Shown in pieces: positions 31,931-32,000 of a stretch of DNA of 32,000 nucleotides (position 1 is its first letter; the number at the start of each line of letters is the position of its first letter). A program made the translations under genes and the position numbers. The notes under the pieces were generated by a model. The model worked only from the letters and a program-made list of their open reading frames with translations. It did not search any database and was not told the DNA's origin. Source of the DNA: Nitratidesulfovibrio vulgaris str. Hildenborough (GTDB taxonomy: Bacteria; Desulfobacterota; Desulfovibrionia; Desulfovibrionales; Desulfovibrionaceae). The stretch lies in contig NC_002937.3 of the NCBI RefSeq assembly GCF_000195755.1, positions 630,001-662,000 on the forward strand, read 5' to 3'.

Positions 31931-32000
31931 CCGGGGAGACTTCAGCCTGCAGGATTGCCGGAGTATGGCCCGGGACACCATGCAAGGCAGGTGCACAGGT

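Noticed and set aside
1-32000. Search for CRISPR arrays, tRNA or rRNA genes, integrases, toxin-antitoxin pairs and known defence-system signatures.
   Set aside because: I found no spaced direct-repeat arrays, no cloverleaf-like or rRNA-like conserved stretches, and no recognisable nuclease, methylase, Cas, abortive-infection or toxin motifs. The only mobile-element-like gene is the IS1595-like ORF.

Overview
High-GC (roughly 65%) bacterial chromosomal window. The gene content is typical of a Desulfovibrio-type sulfate reducer. From memory the gene order resembles the D. vulgaris Hildenborough gap / ald / fdhE-fdhD-mobA-moaA / fdnG-1 / cheW region, but I cannot verify that here. I support 25 protein-coding genes and see no rRNA, tRNA or CRISPR array. 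In order: gap, a GAF protein, a TerC-family membrane protein and tRNA 2-selenouridine synthase (minus strand). Then an ACT-PAS-AAA+ sigma-54 activator next to alanine dehydrogenase, which has a textbook -24/-12 promoter. Then a PilZ protein and a cluster of exported proteins: CreA, a protein with a Met-rich tail, a 93-aa protein and an anchored MsrB. Then the formate dehydrogenase maturation operon fdhE-fdhD-mobA-moaA. Then a minus-strand sensor module: an orphan binding lipoprotein, a histidine kinase with a 4-Cys insert in its HAMP domain, and a REC-STAS response regulator. Then an IS1595-like transposase homolog that appears catalytically degenerate, and a permuted ADP-forming acyl-CoA synthetase. 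Then the selenocysteine-containing periplasmic formate dehydrogenase fdhAB (in-frame TGA at 23960 with a downstream hairpin) and a MobB-FeS fusion. Finally an HMA2-like small protein, an MCP and CheW. Many long ORFs in the track are antisense shadows of these genes, which is expected in high-GC DNA. I see no recognisable defence or toxin system. The least-explained items are the sensor module (especially the Cys4-interrupted HAMP and the STAS output), the degenerate IS1595-like gene with candidate inverted repeats, the Met-rich exported protein next to a single-Cys anchored MsrB, and several structured or repeat-bearing intergenic regions.
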